DNA of 64,000 nucleotides, taken from positions 64,001-128,000 of the IMG/VR virus record IMGVR_UViG_3300035181_002522. One strand, given 5' to 3'. The stretch is from a virus. Shown piece after piece: positions 1 through 10,183 of the stretch. How positions within the stretch are numbered: the stretch's first letter is position 1; each line of letters begins with the position of its first letter. The translations under genes were made by a program, and so were the position numbers. The notes below the pieces were generated by a model. The model saw only the letters and a list, made by a program, of their open reading frames with translations, was not told the DNA's origin and did no database searches.

Positions 1-93
1 ATTTTAAGCATTATGTCTCTAATTTAAAAACCTTAGCTGAAAAAACTGGATTGACCTTTTTTGCCGGTCAACCAGTTAAAGAACTTAATTATA

Positions 94-495
94 TTAACTA
101 GGACGTTGATTAATATTAATCTGACGGGAGCGCTCATTCGTAATACCATCGATGTTAACATTTCTAATATAGAAAGTTCCATCACCATGAGCAGTTCCAG
201 TAAAAACGATATTTTTAACTATTAGATTACAATAAAGATTTCTACCTTCTTGTTCAGTCGCGTATTCCTCAATCGCTTTAATTTTTACTAAGAACAACTT
301 ATTAAGAGCCTCACTAACTTGCTCTAAATGCTTATATGATGGAAGCTTTTGAAGGTCTGGAGCAAATTGGTCAATTACGATGTCTACCTTAATTGGAATA
401 GCTCTAGCATATAGAGAACTATTAATTGAGTCAACTAGATGCTGGCAATAAATGTAGGCTTCAGCCAATGAATGAAATGCTGTCATAGAATTCAA
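94..495 (-). CDS. hypothetical protein
   Basis: ORF in co-oriented - strand run; ATG at 486 is the likelier start. Confidence 0.55.
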   Translation of the reverse strand: MNSMTAFHSLAEAYIYCQHLVDSINSSLYARAIPIKVDIVIDQFAPDLQKLPSYKHLEQVSEALNKLFLVKIKAIEEYATEQEGRNLYCNLIVKNIVFTGTAHGDGTFYIRNVNIDGITNERSRQININQRPS

Positions 496-525
496 AAATA
501 GAGTTAGTTTAAACTAACTCTATTT
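496..525. terminator. perfect 30-nt palindrome, probable intrinsic terminator
   Basis: AAATAGAGTTAGTTT|AAACTAACTCTATTT in an intergenic gap. Confidence 0.5.
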
Positions 526-529
526 AATC

Positions 530-826
530 TTAACTTAAATCTGTTTCAAATTCCATGGATGAAAACCATTCTTCTGTATCTGCTCTAAGCTTAGTTTCAG
601 CTTCATAACTTACGTGCGCGTTCAGTTCTTCAAGTTCACGTAAAATTTCAGTTAATAAAATTTCAGGTATTGGTTTGTCAAGAGTTTTACTTAGTTCAAA
701 TAGAACTGTTAATTCAATATCATCTTCAAAGGTAAAAACTTCAGGAGTGAATAATTTTAGCTTGATGTTGATGATATTGTCATTTGACAATATTGAATAA
801 TCGACTTGCGAGTGCTTCATTACCAA
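530..826 (-). CDS. hypothetical acidic protein
   Basis: ORF overlapping the upstream gene in operon fashion. Confidence 0.55.
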   Translation of the reverse strand: MVMKHSQVDYSILSNDNIINIKLKLFTPEVFTFEDDIELTVLFELSKTLDKPIPEILLTEILRELEELNAHVSYEAETKLRADTEEWFSSMEFETDLS

Positions 827-1239
827 CTCCCGTAATCAGTAATATCTTCAATGGCTCCACATTCGCATGTAGCATATACGTTTTGACCAATTCCACTTTC
901 AGAGGAAACATCGAAAGAAATTTTAAGAAAATTAAGCTCTGCACCAGCTGCTACCTCAGTACAAACCTTAGTGTGTTTTTTGAGCCAGTTTGCCACTGAT
1001 AATATCTCTGTAACGCTTAACGCTAATTTAGTTTCAATACTGACTTTGGGGGTATGTGTTTTCATTTTGAACTTTGTTGTGAATGGTATAGCGCCAATCA
1101 CATAGTTAGGGTAAGCTTTGTGAATAGCGCTATTTAAAGTGTTAACATCAAGTGAAAGCACAATGGCTTGAGTAGACACATCTATTATGTCTATCAAGCC
1201 AGGTTGTACCTCATTGATTTTCCAAGTTAATTCTGGCAT
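820..1239 (-). CDS. hypothetical protein
   Basis: ORF directly downstream of phoH. Confidence 0.55.
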   Translation of the reverse strand: MPELTWKINEVQPGLIDIIDVSTQAIVLSLDVNTLNSAIHKAYPNYVIGAIPFTTKFKMKTHTPKVSIETKLALSVTEILSVANWLKKHTKVCTEVAAGAELNFLKISFDVSSESGIGQNVYATCECGAIEDITDYGSW

Positions 1240-1245
1240 TTTCTT

Positions 1246-2010
1246 CTATTGTGTATTGTATGCCCTTATTATATCTCTAACTATGCCATGGCGTACAATA
1301 TCTTCTTCTTTAAACTCAACAAATCCAACATTAGCAACATTTCGCATACGATATAGCGCGTCTCGCAGGCCGGAGGTTCCACTAAGATCACACTGTTCTA
1401 AATCTCCATCAATGATAACTTTACAATTTTCATTAATTCTCGTCAAAAACATTTTCATTTGCTCAGGAGTTGTATTTTGAGCTTCATCTAAAATTACCAC
1501 GCAATCATTAAAGTTTGAGCCACGCATGAACGATAATGGCTTTGCGATAATTTGACCATGTGTCATGAAATAATTTACTTGGGATTTACCTAAGCGTTTA
1601 TTAAAGACATCTCTAAATGGCTCAATATATGGTTCATACTTTTCTTCAAGTTCGCCAGGTAAGAAACCAAAACTTTCACCACACTCTACAGCTGGGCGAG
1701 TAATAATGATACGCTCGATTTCACCATCTCTAAGCCGCTCAGCCGCGTGGGCCGCCGCAACAAAGGTTTTTCCAGTACCGGCTGGTCCTGTAGCAAATGT
1801 AATTACGTTATTTTTGATGAGCTGTAAATAAAGCTCTTGACGAGGAGTTAAAGCTTTTAAAGGCTTTACCTCTTTTTTGACTTGACTGATAGGTTGGAAG
1901 AATTCGTCATTTGAGAATTCTTCTGGTCTTAAGTGCAATTTTTGTTTATCCTTTCTTCTCTCCGATCTTATTTCACGTCTTGCGATTTTTCTAGATTGTG
2001 AGTTTTTCAT
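1246..2010 (-). CDS. phoH: PhoH-family ATPase
   Basis: GPAGTGKT Walker A, IIITRPAVE, GFLPG, FMRG, ILDEAQN, GDLEQCD, IVRH motifs. Confidence 0.95.
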   Translation of the reverse strand: MKNSQSRKIARREIRSERRKDKQKLHLRPEEFSNDEFFQPISQVKKEVKPLKALTPRQELYLQLIKNNVITFATGPAGTGKTFVAAAHAAERLRDGEIERIIITRPAVECGESFGFLPGELEEKYEPYIEPFRDVFNKRLGKSQVNYFMTHGQIIAKPLSFMRGSNFNDCVVILDEAQNTTPEQMKMFLTRINENCKVIIDGDLEQCDLSGTSGLRDALYRMRNVANVGFVEFKEEDIVRHGIVRDIIRAYNTQ

Positions 2011-2138
2011 AGCTTTCCTTTACTGAGTTAATGTTCCTCTACCCTCCATACCACCGAGGGTAGAGATCGAGTTTCAGTTATCAGTTCCATCTATAGTCAG
2101 CTAATATTATTTACAAGTTTTACGCTTAAACCTTCCCT

Positions 2139-2525
2139 TCAGAAATCAATTTTCAAATGAGCATTAACTAACGCCCTTGCTCTAGCGTTATCTTTAGCCC
2201 TCTCTGGCTCTGCAATACAAAGAGCCTTATTTACTTTTGGTGCAATGTAGATAATGATGGCTCTATCTTTATTACTTCGAATTGCTTGTGAAATAGAAAA
2301 TCCAGTTTCAGCAAGAGAGACCCATTACCAAAAGTTTCAGCGGTAACTTGGAACAAGATAATTTCATCATTCACTAAATGCTCAACTTCAACATCAGCAA
2401 GCTTAGGGGGTCCAATCAGCAACTTGAGGGTTAAAATAATTAATTTGCAGTCGATCGTAATTGGATATAAACTCATCATACCATTTGCTACAACCACATG
2501 CTCCAAATAAACCAATTGTAGACAT
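2139..2525 (-). pseudogene. frameshifted gene, nucleoside 2-deoxyribosyltransferase-like
   Basis: MSTIGLFGACGCSKW...YFNPQVADWTP, then +1 C in a C5 run and +2 CT in a CT repeat, resuming ...GSLAETGFSISQAI; the track ORF 2231-2515 is right only for the middle part. Confidence 0.55.
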
Positions 2526-2526
2526 G

Positions 2527-2808
2527 TTATTCCTTTTTAATGGGGTTGATTGCAGTAGGCTGTTGAGTGCCTGAAGTAAGCTTAGCAGCTAGTTCTTTCA
2601 TTGCATCATTTCTGCCTTGATTATAGGCATTATTCAACAAAAATGTTACTTTATCAGCTTCATCACTGTCATAAAGCTCAATTACGACATTGGCCTCAGC
2701 TGCTTTTCGATAATTGACATCATTACCATTAGCAACATAAATTTCAACAAACCCATTAGCCACATTAGCAATGGCACGCAAGATTGTTAAAGCAGAAAAA
2801 TCTGCCAT
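2527..2808 (-). CDS. hypothetical protein
   Basis: ORF; start set at MADFS, after an upstream terminator-like hairpin. Confidence 0.55.
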   Translation of the reverse strand: MADFSALTILRAIANVANGFVEIYVANGNDVNYRKAAEANVVIELYDSDEADKVTFLLNNAYNQGRNDAMKELAAKLTSGTQQPTAINPIKKE

Positions 2809-2885
2809 AAGAATTCCAAATAAAAAAAGGGGGGTAAAAAGATAGGGAGGCATTGCACCTCCCATTAAGCTAGGAGAACAAACGA

Positions 2886-3980
2886 TTATTGAGCTGATTT
2901 GCCTTCTTTAAAGGCATGACCAACATTGGCCCAGTAAAGTACTTCAGTATTGACCGGAAGTTTACGATTTACAGAGGTAGATTGGATAAAAATTTCCCAA
3001 TCGCCAAGCGTTCCAGGGCGAACTTTTGCATCGCCATAACGTGGTAGACCAATCAGGTCTCTGGCGGCTTGGCCAGAATAAACTACCCCGGTATTTTTAT
3101 CGCGGATGATGACCAACTTACTGTCTTGAACTTTATCAGCTGATTTTTTACCGGCCACCAATTTGTAAAAAGCACCACCCTTTAACATTGGAGCTCCAAG
3201 TTTATGCTCGACGAACTCGCGAATTAAAGCACCTTCAGCTTCAGTCTGAACCGTCCAAATTTTAATTTGGCTGGAGATGTCGACCAATTGAGCTCTAACT
3301 TCGTCTTTTGACAAGTTTTTGATATCGGCATAGAAAGATTTTGTTGCCGTTTTACCTGTCGATCTTGCGGTAAAATAGCTTGAGACAGCCACGTTGGTTG
3401 AGGTTGAAGATTGTTCCATGCCACGAACTGAAGTTTCCCATTCTTCGATGTTACCGTTATAAAGGTTCAAACTTCTTACCAAGTTGCGAGCGTAGCCACG
3501 TGGTACCCTAAAGGTAAAGGTCCAACGGTCCGTAGCCTGAAGTTCTTTAATCTTGTTTGCAAGGTTGAATGCTGACCAATTGGCTGATGAATTTTCTTCA
3601 CCATCAGTAACGATCAACAGCAAAAAGGCAGTGTTTGGGTCATTAGCATATGGCAGCTTTTGAAATGATTCAATCAGCAAGCCAACGCTGTCATAAAGTG
3701 GAGTGCCATAACCATTTGCTTCATAGCTTTGAGGTTCAATTGTATTGATGCCAGTGATTGATGAACCATTGACAACTAGGCGGGCATTTCGAGTACTGCC
3801 ATAGCCACATTCGGCGACTGACACGATAACGTCTTGGTTGAATTCGATTGCATTTTGTTTGAATGATGATACAAGACCATTGTAGTCTTTTGCGGCGGCT
3901 GAAGCGATAGCGCGCATTGAAGCTGAGTGGTCACGTACAATACCGATAACGGTACGAATTGTTGGATTTTGTTCTGTCAT
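2886..3980 (-). CDS. von Willebrand factor A (vWA) domain protein
   Basis: MIDAS DHSASM, GTPLYDSVG, LIVTDGEENSS. Confidence 0.85.
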   Translation of the reverse strand: MTEQNPTIRTVIGIVRDHSASMRAIASAAAKDYNGLVSSFKQNAIEFNQDVIVSVAECGYGSTRNARLVVNGSSITGINTIEPQSYEANGYGTPLYDSVGLLIESFQKLPYANDPNTAFLLLIVTDGEENSSANWSAFNLANKIKELQATDRWTFTFRVPRGYARNLVRSLNLYNGNIEEWETSVRGMEQSSTSTNVAVSSYFTARSTGKTATKSFYADIKNLSKDEVRAQLVDISSQIKIWTVQTEAEGALIREFVEHKLGAPMLKGGAFYKLVAGKKSADKVQDSKLVIIRDKNTGVVYSGQAARDLIGLPRYGDAKVRPGTLGDWEIFIQSTSVNRKLPVNTEVLYWANVGHAFKEGKSAQ

Positions 3981-4034
3981 AAAAGTTTCCAAAGATAAAG
4001 CATTAAAAATAAAGTTAAAATAGCTTGCGCTTAT

Positions 4035-4294
4035 CTATTTATAGATAAAATTATAGTGCCAAACATCTATTTTGTCATATTCGTTAAGCTCATATTTCTT
4101 ACTTTTGAACCAAACTTCAATTTGGTCGTGAGCGATATGACCTCTTAATATTAGAATTTTAAGCACGTTAAGCAGTGTATCAGACCCAATTCTAATTGGG
4201 GTTCTGGTGTATTGATAACAGATAACATAAAGTCAAATGCTTTATCATCTGGCACAGTGATACCATTAATTTGGTCACAAATTACGATTAACAT
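4035..4294 (-). pseudogene. frameshifted paralog of the 4505-4852 / 4885-5190 family
   Basis: MLIVICDQINGITVPDD...IGSDTLLNVLKILILRGHIAHDQIEVWF aligns with both neighbours; one frameshift. Confidence 0.55.
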
Positions 4295-4504
4295 TACTTC
4301 ATAATCCAGGCTCGTTGAGAGGTATAATTATGAATCTTAAGAGCCTATGCTACTTTGTACAATGTCAAAGCCATGAGAGGATGAGTAATTATATCATAGA
4401 TTAAAGCCCAACCTAAGCGTTCTTCGTAGTGTACGCAGTATTGATTGGGGGTCTAACTTCATTTTTTCACCACTTTAAAATGCAAAGGCTGTTTAGTTGG
4501 GCGC

Positions 4505-4852
4505 TCATTGTGCAATATCCTCTTGAGTGTTAAGTAGAGTTAAATTAGCTCTACGAAATTTTAACAACCGATGAACCAACCGCGTTTGTAAATCGCAAAA
4601 CCCAGGTTGTGGATTAACTAAATCACCATTTTTAAGGTGCTGTACTTGTTTACCATTATACCAAAATTCTACATTTGATGGGTCCAAATTCCCTTCGGCA
4701 ATTTCCGCCCTAAAAGCTAGTATAAGTAATTCTGAACCAACGGTGACTTTAGCATTTCTGCTATGGTTGACAATGTAGCTCTCAACAAAGCTTTCGACAT
4801 CTGCATCTGGCACAATTTGCCCATGCTCTGGGTCATACACAATTTTGAACAT
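4505..4852 (-). CDS. hypothetical protein (paralog family)
   Basis: IVYDP..G..VPD, TVGSEL, GFCD shared with 4885-5190. Confidence 0.7.
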   Translation of the reverse strand: MFKIVYDPEHGQIVPDADVESFVESYIVNHSRNAKVTVGSELLILAFRAEIAEGNLDPSNVEFWYNGKQVQHLKNGDLVNPQPGFCDLQTRLVHRLLKFRRANLTLLNTQEDIAQ

Positions 4853-4884
4853 AATTACCTCACTAAAATTTTATTCTATCACAA

Positions 4885-5190
4885 TCAGAAAAGATTAATT
4901 AAACATTCTTCGTAGTAGTCACAGAAGCCTTCGGGCCATTGACTGAGCTTGCCTTTTTTGTCTGGTTGTAAAATAGTATCTTTGAATTTGATGATAACTT
5001 TTGTATGGTCGATGATGCCTTTATTAATTGCAACACGAACTCTCTGAATAAAGAGTTCGGTACTAACAGTGACGGTAAGGTCTTCTTGGTTTGCTTTTTC
5101 TACGATGGCGTAAACTACCTCTTTTGTTTTACCATCAGGATAGGCATCACCTTCAATTGGGTCGTAAATCACCGTCAACATTTTATTCAC
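4885..5190 (-). CDS. hypothetical protein (paralog family)
   Basis: VIYDP..G...PD, TVSTEL, WPEGFCD. Confidence 0.7.
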   Translation of the reverse strand: MNKMLTVIYDPIEGDAYPDGKTKEVVYAIVEKANQEDLTVTVSTELFIQRVRVAINKGIIDHTKVIIKFKDTILQPDKKGKLSQWPEGFCDYYEECLINLF

Positions 5191-5362
5191 CTTTAATCAA
5201 CAGTTTGAGCTCTTTGCGGTTGATTGGATTACCATCTAAAAAGTATTCATCGCCAGCCATACTGAAGCGACCATGACTTGTAGTAAGGTACATCCCATTA
5301 AATTGGATGATGCTTATTCCAGCTTTATGAAACAAATTTTTCAATTGAGTTAAGTTGTGCAT

Positions 5363-5587
5363 TTATTCAGCCTCGGCGTGTTCATCATTGCAATCAGCAT
5401 ATCCATTGTTGTAGCCAAGCTCAATCAAGAATCTTGCCGCTTCAATATCGACTTGTGTAAGTTTGTCAAATGCTGAAATTGCTTTGGCTTTTAACTCTTC
5501 ATTGTCATTTTGTGTCCAATGAATGTATGAATAAACTTCATGAAATTCAGGATTTGCAGCCATGTCAATCTCCAATATTTTCAGCAT
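5363..5587 (-). CDS. hypothetical protein
   Basis: ORF downstream of a TTTACA-N17-TAAGAT promoter-like site on the - strand. Confidence 0.55.
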   Translation of the reverse strand: MLKILEIDMAANPEFHEVYSYIHWTQNDNEELKAKAISAFDKLTQVDIEAARFLIELGYNNGYADCNDEHAEAE

Positions 5588-5987
5588 GGAGATATCTTAA
5601 CACCTTTTTAGCTTTTGTAAACTTTATTTTTGATAACTGATTAACAGTTTGGGACTATCCATTGTATAAAAAGTGTGATATTATAGAAGATACTCCGACG
5701 GTCACCACTTAAGAGAGAACTATTGTATTGAGTGGTGTCATTATAGATTTTTTAAAAATTGGAATCAATTGCAAGAATGGCATCATATTTGGGATGCTAG
5801 TTACAGTAGAATGTGCTGGAACCCTGAGTTGCTGTCATATAAAAAGGCGGATTGCATTAGTCGAAACATTAAAAGTTGAAGAATATTATGTTGAACAGTG
5901 AAAGATTAGGGATAAGTTGGTAACAGCACGTAAAGATTATCTGGAAAAAACTCAACCGGAACAAATAAGAAACATTATTGGAGATTA

Positions 5988-6323
5988 ATGGTGAACCCTG
6001 TTAAAATCAATGACATATTTCACTATCAAAAGTCTTACTATAAGGTCATTTCAGTTAAACAAATTAATCAATTTACTAAACACGAATTTTATAATGTTAT
6101 AAAGTGCAATAAAAACGGAGTTGAATTTTCAACAAAAACTAACTTTATCGCATCATTTGTAGAAAAGGCAGAGCGCTGGCGAGCTATCAAAAATGAAAAA
6201 GCATCGATGGCTAATAAAGACATCGGGGAAATGAAGCGACGAGTAAATTATCTAAAAGGCAAAATTAAAGTTTATTCTGAAGAACTTGCTGAACTTGAAG
6301 AACAGTTAAATTCAAGGCAATAA
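5988..6323 (+). CDS. hypothetical protein with C-terminal coiled coil
   Basis: ORF with GGAG RBS, converging on the capsid gene. Confidence 0.6.
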   Translation: MVNPVKINDIFHYQKSYYKVISVKQINQFTKHEFYNVIKCNKNGVEFSTKTNFIASFVEKAERWRAIKNEKASMANKDIGEMKRRVNYLKGKIKVYSEELAELEEQLNSRQ

Positions 6324-6347
6324 AAAACCCGCCGAAGCGGGTTTTTT
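6322..6347. terminator. bidirectional rho-independent terminator
   Basis: AAAAAACCCGC-CGAA-GCGGGTTTTTT between convergent genes. Confidence 0.9.
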
Positions 6348-6372
6348 GAACTTACTAACTTACGACTAACTA

Positions 6373-7584
6373 TTATTGGAAAGTTAAATTAGCAATATTA
6401 ACTCGTCCAAAATAGTCAGCTGAGTTACCTAACGATGTTGCAGTGTTGGTAAATGTAGCTTTCCCGTAACGAGTCATTAAGCTAACTTGTGGGTTGTAAG
6501 TAGTTGGATCGATGATTACGTTAGAGCTCATCAAAGGAACATATGGGCAATAGAAGTAACCGCTATCCATTTCACCATTACCACCTTTATAACCTAACAA
6601 GACTGGCTCTGAACCTTGGTCGTGGTAGATATAGGTGTAAATTTTGATAGAACCATTCAAAGTACCAATCAATTTGGTGTTGTTTGGACCTTCAAAAGAA
6701 CCACTAACTGCAGGTGCGAATACTGATTTTGAAGCAGATTGCAATACAGAAGCGATTTGAGGAGAAACAACTGCCCAATTAGCAGCGCCACGACGTGTTT
6801 TACGAGCGATTTCGTTTGCAACTTTGTTGATCAATACGCCAAGAACCGCGAAACGATCGCCAACATAGTTAGGAATACCAGTGAATGAGCCAGAAGCCAT
6901 GTCAAAGGTTTCAACTGTGCCAGCCAAACTAATCAAATCGTTAATGATTTCATTGTCAATCTCAGAAACGATCTCTGCAGAAAGAGCTGCAGTGATTTCA
7001 GCTTCCAAGTCTAAACCGTGCTGTGCAGATAAATCTTGCATAGCTTCAACAGTCCATTTAGCTTGTAACTTACGTGAACCAGCAGTAACGGTTTGTTTCA
7101 ATACTTCTAATTGCAATTGACGTCCGCCGTATGCCTCGAAATCAGAGGTAAGAGCAGCAAAACCGGTTGCAACGTTAGAACTATCTACACCACCAGAATA
7201 CCAACGTTTGGTTTTTGAGTTGTTTGAGAACACCTCGGTTGAACCACCAATGATATCTTCCGCACCAGCACCAGCAGGACTTACGTCTACGTTTTCAGAG
7301 AATAAGAAACGTAAAGAGTATGCCAAGCCAACTGGACCTTGCATTGGTTGAATACCAACAAGTTCAGTAGCAATTGTACCTGGAATGATACGACGAATCA
7401 TTGGGATAATGATTTTTTGGAAGTTACCAATTGCACCAGCTGCTGATACACCAGCTGCCGCGGTTTCCATCAAGTACTGTTTTTGGTTTTCCATCAAAGA
7501 AGCCATATAAGCTTTTTTGTTGGCAGGCAGTTCAGTCAAAAGTATTTCTTTTGTTTCTGCCCAGTTTTCAAATAAGTTTTCCAT
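6373..7584 (-). CDS. gp23: major capsid protein (T4 gp23-like)
   Basis: IPMIRR, GIQPMQGP, SRKLQAKWTVE..QDL..HGLD.EAE, FYCPYVPL, MTRYG. Confidence 0.96.
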   Translation of the reverse strand: MENLFENWAETKEILLTELPANKKAYMASLMENQKQYLMETAAAGVSAAGAIGNFQKIIIPMIRRIIPGTIATELVGIQPMQGPVGLAYSLRFLFSENVDVSPAGAGAEDIIGGSTEVFSNNSKTKRWYSGGVDSSNVATGFAALTSDFEAYGGRQLQLEVLKQTVTAGSRKLQAKWTVEAMQDLSAQHGLDLEAEITAALSAEIVSEIDNEIINDLISLAGTVETFDMASGSFTGIPNYVGDRFAVLGVLINKVANEIARKTRRGAANWAVVSPQIASVLQSASKSVFAPAVSGSFEGPNNTKLIGTLNGSIKIYTYIYHDQGSEPVLLGYKGGNGEMDSGYFYCPYVPLMSSNVIIDPTTYNPQVSLMTRYGKATFTNTATSLGNSADYFGRVNIANLTFQ

Positions 7585-7620
7585 ATTTGTCTCCTAGTTC
7601 AAAAAGATATTTGTAGTTAT

Positions 7621-8526
7621 TTATGAGCTAATGCCCGCAATTCGCTTGATTTGTGAAAATTCCACAGTTTTTTTATCAGAACCTTGCTCTTCAACCTTTT
7701 CTTTAATTACATCGCCAGTCGCTAAAGTTGTTTTTGGCTCTTCAACTTTAACTTCTTTAATTACTGGTTTTGGAGTTGAAGTGGCAGCATCTGTTTCTTC
7801 TCTTAAGATACGACCTATAAAATAGTTATAAGCCTCATCTAATTTTTCTGTTTCTACGTTTTGCAAAACGATAGCCATTTGTTCACGTTTTGAACCAGCC
7901 AATGGTTTTAACACTTGTTCTAATTTTTGCTCACGTACTAATAATGATTTGGCTTCTTCACTTTCAGATAAACGAGCTTCAGCATCAGCTAATTTGCTTT
8001 CTGTAGCTGCCAATTTAGTCATGATAGAATCTTCATCAATATACGATTTGCTAAATTCTGAAACAAATGCTTCAAAAACTTTGCGTCCAAATTGATTTTC
8101 TTTAACGATTTCGAGATCTTCTTTCATCTCTTCCATCTCTTCAGCTAAACGGATCTCCAAAAAGCTATCCAATTTATCAACAAGAGCGTCAATCTCTTTT
8201 TCAACTTCTTCAGCTAAACGCTGTTTCTCTTCAACTAATTTACCAGCGAATTCGGCTTCCAAATCACGGAAACGTTCAATATCGCCTTTAAGATCAGCAA
8301 GTTCGGCTTCTAGTTGTTCAGAGATGAATTTCTCTGTTTTTTCAACCAAAGCTTCACGTGCAGCAACGAATTGCTCAGCTAACTCAGCGCGTACTTCCAA
8401 AGTAACTTCCTCTCTGATTTCTTGACGAGTAGCTGCAACAGCTTCAGTCCAAGCTTCAGTGATTTCATTTTTGGTTTCTTCAGCAAGTAGCTCAGAAGAC
8501 AATAACTTTTCAAGTATTTCTTCCAT
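7621..8526 (-). CDS. gp22: prohead core scaffold protein (gp22-like)
   Basis: acidic coiled coil between protease and capsid; GRKVFEAF motif. Confidence 0.85.
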   Translation of the reverse strand: MEEILEKLLSSELLAEETKNEITEAWTEAVAATRQEIREEVTLEVRAELAEQFVAAREALVEKTEKFISEQLEAELADLKGDIERFRDLEAEFAGKLVEEKQRLAEEVEKEIDALVDKLDSFLEIRLAEEMEEMKEDLEIVKENQFGRKVFEAFVSEFSKSYIDEDSIMTKLAATESKLADAEARLSESEEAKSLLVREQKLEQVLKPLAGSKREQMAIVLQNVETEKLDEAYNYFIGRILREETDAATSTPKPVIKEVKVEEPKTTLATGDVIKEKVEEQGSDKKTVEFSQIKRIAGISS

Positions 8527-8562
8527 ACTGTTTACCCCCCATAATATACAATCAATGTTTAT

Positions 8563-9220
8563 TTATTCATTTTGAGTTTGTCTTACATAAATATTTCTAA
8601 CTGATGAATAAGCAATATTAATGCCTAAATCTATCAACCATTTATGTAAAGATCTCCAAGTCATACCAGTGTTTCTTTTTTCAACTAATTTAGTTCTTAA
8701 TTCAGGAGCAAGTTTATTATGACTTTTAGCTTGCTTTCTTACAGCTTCAGAATTTTGTTTATTTCTTCCAGTGAATGTTAAACTTCACTTTTTCGCAGCT
8801 TCTACTAATAAGCCAGGTCTATAAGTTCTTTTACAATTTTTATTTCTTGGATAAAATAAAAAGAGTTATCCTTAAAAGTTTTATTATAAAAGCCATTATT
8901 ATGACCTGATGTATCACTTCCAAAAAACCCATTTTTTTGATGCTAATGCTTGATTTATAAAATCTGGATTTTTAACAACGTTAAATTCTTTATGCAAATT
9001 GAGTTCTTTATCTAAAGCTTCTTGCCATGTTTCAAAAACATATAAAATATCAGTTTTGAATAATTGAGAATTATTTTTATCTCATCATTCCAAATAGATT
9101 TATATTTTTAGAACAAACAGAACCTTTATATCCACTTTCAACTTTAGCCACTGAAGAAGATCCAATATAATATTTTGGTAATTTACTACCAAAATATTCA
9201 GTTCTATACACACAAAACAT
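8563..9220 (-). pseudogene. decayed Seg-like GIY-YIG homing endonuclease
   Basis: MFCVYRTEYFGSKLPKYYIGSS...GYKGS...EALDKELNLHKEFNVVKNPDFINQA split by several frameshifts. Confidence 0.75.
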
Positions 9221-9270
9221 AATTTTTTGTTCTGTTTCTATTTATACAGGTTGACTAAAAATGCAAGATT

Positions 9271-9459
9271 TTAGTCATCTGTATCACTGTTTTCATCATC
9301 AAACTCATCATCCTGCTCGACTGGAGCTGCCTTTTTGGTACCAACCAGTTCTTGCATTTTTGATGTAATTACTGGGTGCAAGTCAACTTGTGCTGCATCA
9401 GAATTATCTTTGATAAGATTCTGAATTACTGATCGAATAGCATCTTTTGTATCTGTCAT
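9271..9459 (-). CDS. small acidic prohead-core-type protein
   Basis: position in the head cluster, acidic tail, strong AGGAG RBS. Confidence 0.55.
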   Translation of the reverse strand: MTDTKDAIRSVIQNLIKDNSDAAQVDLHPVITSKMQELVGTKKAAPVEQDDEFDDENSDTDD

Positions 9460-9501
9460 ATAAGTATCTCCTTATAAGGTTTTAAAAACTGTATTTAATT
9501 A

Positions 9502-10143
9502 CTATTTTTTAGTGCAAATAGCTTGCAAAAATTTAGCAATTTCTTTCTTAAAATATTTCTGTGCTTTATCGTCACTAACAACCGCTTCAGCCAAAGTAAC
9601 TATCTTTTGATTTTCTTGAGCTTCACGAACTAAGTTTGGATAGCAACCAGGACCTGATGGAGTAGAAACTACATCAACTGTGGTAAAGTTAAAGCCTTTT
9701 ACTCGACCATCTGGTCCTACTGAACCTGTACCACGTGATGATACGCCAAGTTTAACTCCACCTTCCATAATGCCTTTTACGATATTACCGGCTGGGGTGT
9801 TCAAAATTCTCATCTTACCAACAACACGAGTGTTGTCCATTTTCATCTCAGTAATAGCATGCGAAACATTTGCAAGGTTAATTTGCAATGAATTTGGATG
9901 CTCAAGCTCTCCCATAATTGGGCCACTTGAATTAATTTTTTGCATTGCTGCTTCAACAACTTGTTGCATTTCATTTAAAGCGTAAACACGACCATTACCA
10001 TTCTTCTCCTCAGAAACCATCATAGTTCCACTTAGATAATATGATTTATCGATGCCTTCGCCTAAAATGCTTTCAACAATTCCAGCTTCATCATAACTAA
10101 GGTCTTCGACCAATAGAATTGAATTTGTCATGTTTGTCTCCAT
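9502..10143 (-). CDS. gp21: prohead protease (gp21-like)
   Basis: KNGNGRVY, GELEHP, VSH, LGVSSRGTGS, VDVVSTPS. Confidence 0.95.
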   Translation of the reverse strand: METNMTNSILLVEDLSYDEAGIVESILGEGIDKSYYLSGTMMVSEEKNGNGRVYALNEMQQVVEAAMQKINSSGPIMGELEHPNSLQINLANVSHAITEMKMDNTRVVGKMRILNTPAGNIVKGIMEGGVKLGVSSRGTGSVGPDGRVKGFNFTTVDVVSTPSGPGCYPNLVREAQENQKIVTLAEAVVSDDKAQKYFKKEIAKFLQAICTKK

Positions 10144-10183
10144 TATTTTAGTAGTTTTTCTATTTATGTCTAACTACTCTAAA

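Noticed and set aside
2886-3980. Ro60/TROVE protein as partner of the Y-like RNAs
   Set aside because: The vWA domain is N-terminal and there is no helical TROVE ring, so it is not Ro60 architecture
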